Assembly (NCBI GenBank): GCA_016186825.1
Contig: JACPKW010000007.1
Coordinates: 1-55,735 of the forward strand
Direction: 5' to 3'
Length of the DNA stretch: 55,735 nucleotides
From: Candidatus Giovannonibacteria bacterium
Lineage (GTDB): Bacteria; Patescibacteriota; Minisyncoccia; JACPKW01; UBA11713
Shown: piece by piece, positions 55,287-55,735 of the stretch
Numbering within the stretch: the stretch's first letter is position 1
Layout: each line of letters starts with the position of its first letter
The notes under the pieces: model-generated
Seen by the model: the letters and a program-made list of their open reading frames with translations, nothing else
Databases searched by the model: none
Told to the model about the DNA's origin: nothing
Made by a program: the position numbers and the translations under genes

Positions 55287-55710
55287 AAAAAGTAATTTTC
55301 AAACATGATTTCTCGCTGACGAAGCGATTTTTTGGAATATTAAAGTTAATTCTTGGCATTCTTGCCATAATTTATTGATATCAATATTTTTATCGGGCAC
55401 ACAGATAATAAGCATACGCAGCCAATGCTTAGTTTCTTGGGCTTCTTTTTTACATATAAATATTTTGTTGATGAAATCTTTTTTAGAACTTGCGCCGTTT
55501 GCTTCCATGTAATTTGCACCGATACTTGTAGCAGATCTGATTAACTGGTTAATGATCGGCTTAGCGATTGAATCTTGTCTCATATTTTTGCACAACTGAA
55601 TAACATTCTCACCGAATTTCGCAGTTCGCTCTTCAAGGTCATATTTATTGTTGTTTGAAAATTCTGTCATTAAAATTTATTGAAAATTAGAAATTGTAAA
55701 ATTGAAAATT
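55242..55710. repeat. heptamer (AATTTTC)n arrays forming long inverted arms around the four-helix-bundle gene
   Basis: Left AATTTTC AATTTCC AATTTTC AATTTTC (55242-69) and AATTTTCAAACA (55294-305); right TGTTTGAAAATT (55652-63) and TGAAAATTAGAAATTGTAAAATTGAAAATT (55681-710). Confidence 0.85.
55299..55670 (-). CDS. four-helix-bundle protein (23S rRNA IVP / bAvd-like family)
   Basis: DLEERT..F, QLIRSATSIGANY.EA, SKKDF..K..I.KKEAQET.HWL. Confidence 0.9.
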   Translation of the reverse strand: MTEFSNNNKYDLEERTAKFGENVIQLCKNMRQDSIAKPIINQLIRSATSIGANYMEANGASSKKDFINKIFICKKEAQETKHWLRMLIICVPDKNIDINKLWQECQELTLIFQKIASSARNHV

Positions 55711-55735
55711 ATTGTATTCGTATTGTTTCCATCAC

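Noticed and set aside
55709-55735. 3' end of an upstream minus-strand gene (VMETIRIQ*)
   Set aside because: Too short, and another frame is also open, so it cannot be assigned.

Overview
Core-chromosome window of a small-genome bacterium using code 11. Gene content, stripped-down Mur ligases, two mreB copies, the zinc-ribbon ORF at the left edge and the general lack of Shine-Dalgarno motifs suggest Patescibacteria/Parcubacteria (CPR); this assignment is inference. It carries frr-rseP-proS-mreBCD-mrdA, greA-lysS, a dcw cluster split into two converging halves (mraZ-rsmH-ftsL-ftsI-murF on +; mraY-D-aminoacylase-murD-ftsW-murG-gltX on -), recR, dnaB, cysS, rplU/rplI/rpmA, a Xer recombinase with a dif-like site just upstream, murA/mreB2/holB, murC and priA-def-fmt. 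An accessory right end holds a RAYT with REP palindromes, two triple-LamG secreted proteins and a four-helix-bundle gene. Most striking observations: (1) a complete tRNA-Glu(CTC) nested, inside an 18-bp inverted repeat, in the anticodon loop of a second tRNA-like gene; (2) six LamG domains whose divergent cores are bracketed by near-identical DNA anchors, suggesting cassette swapping; (3) a CCCGTTAGA/TCTAACGGG inverted-repeat element found repeatedly just upstream of start codons; (4) a four-helix-bundle ORF enclosed in heptamer-repeat inverted arms like an intervening sequence. All calls come from reading motifs by eye; no searches were run.
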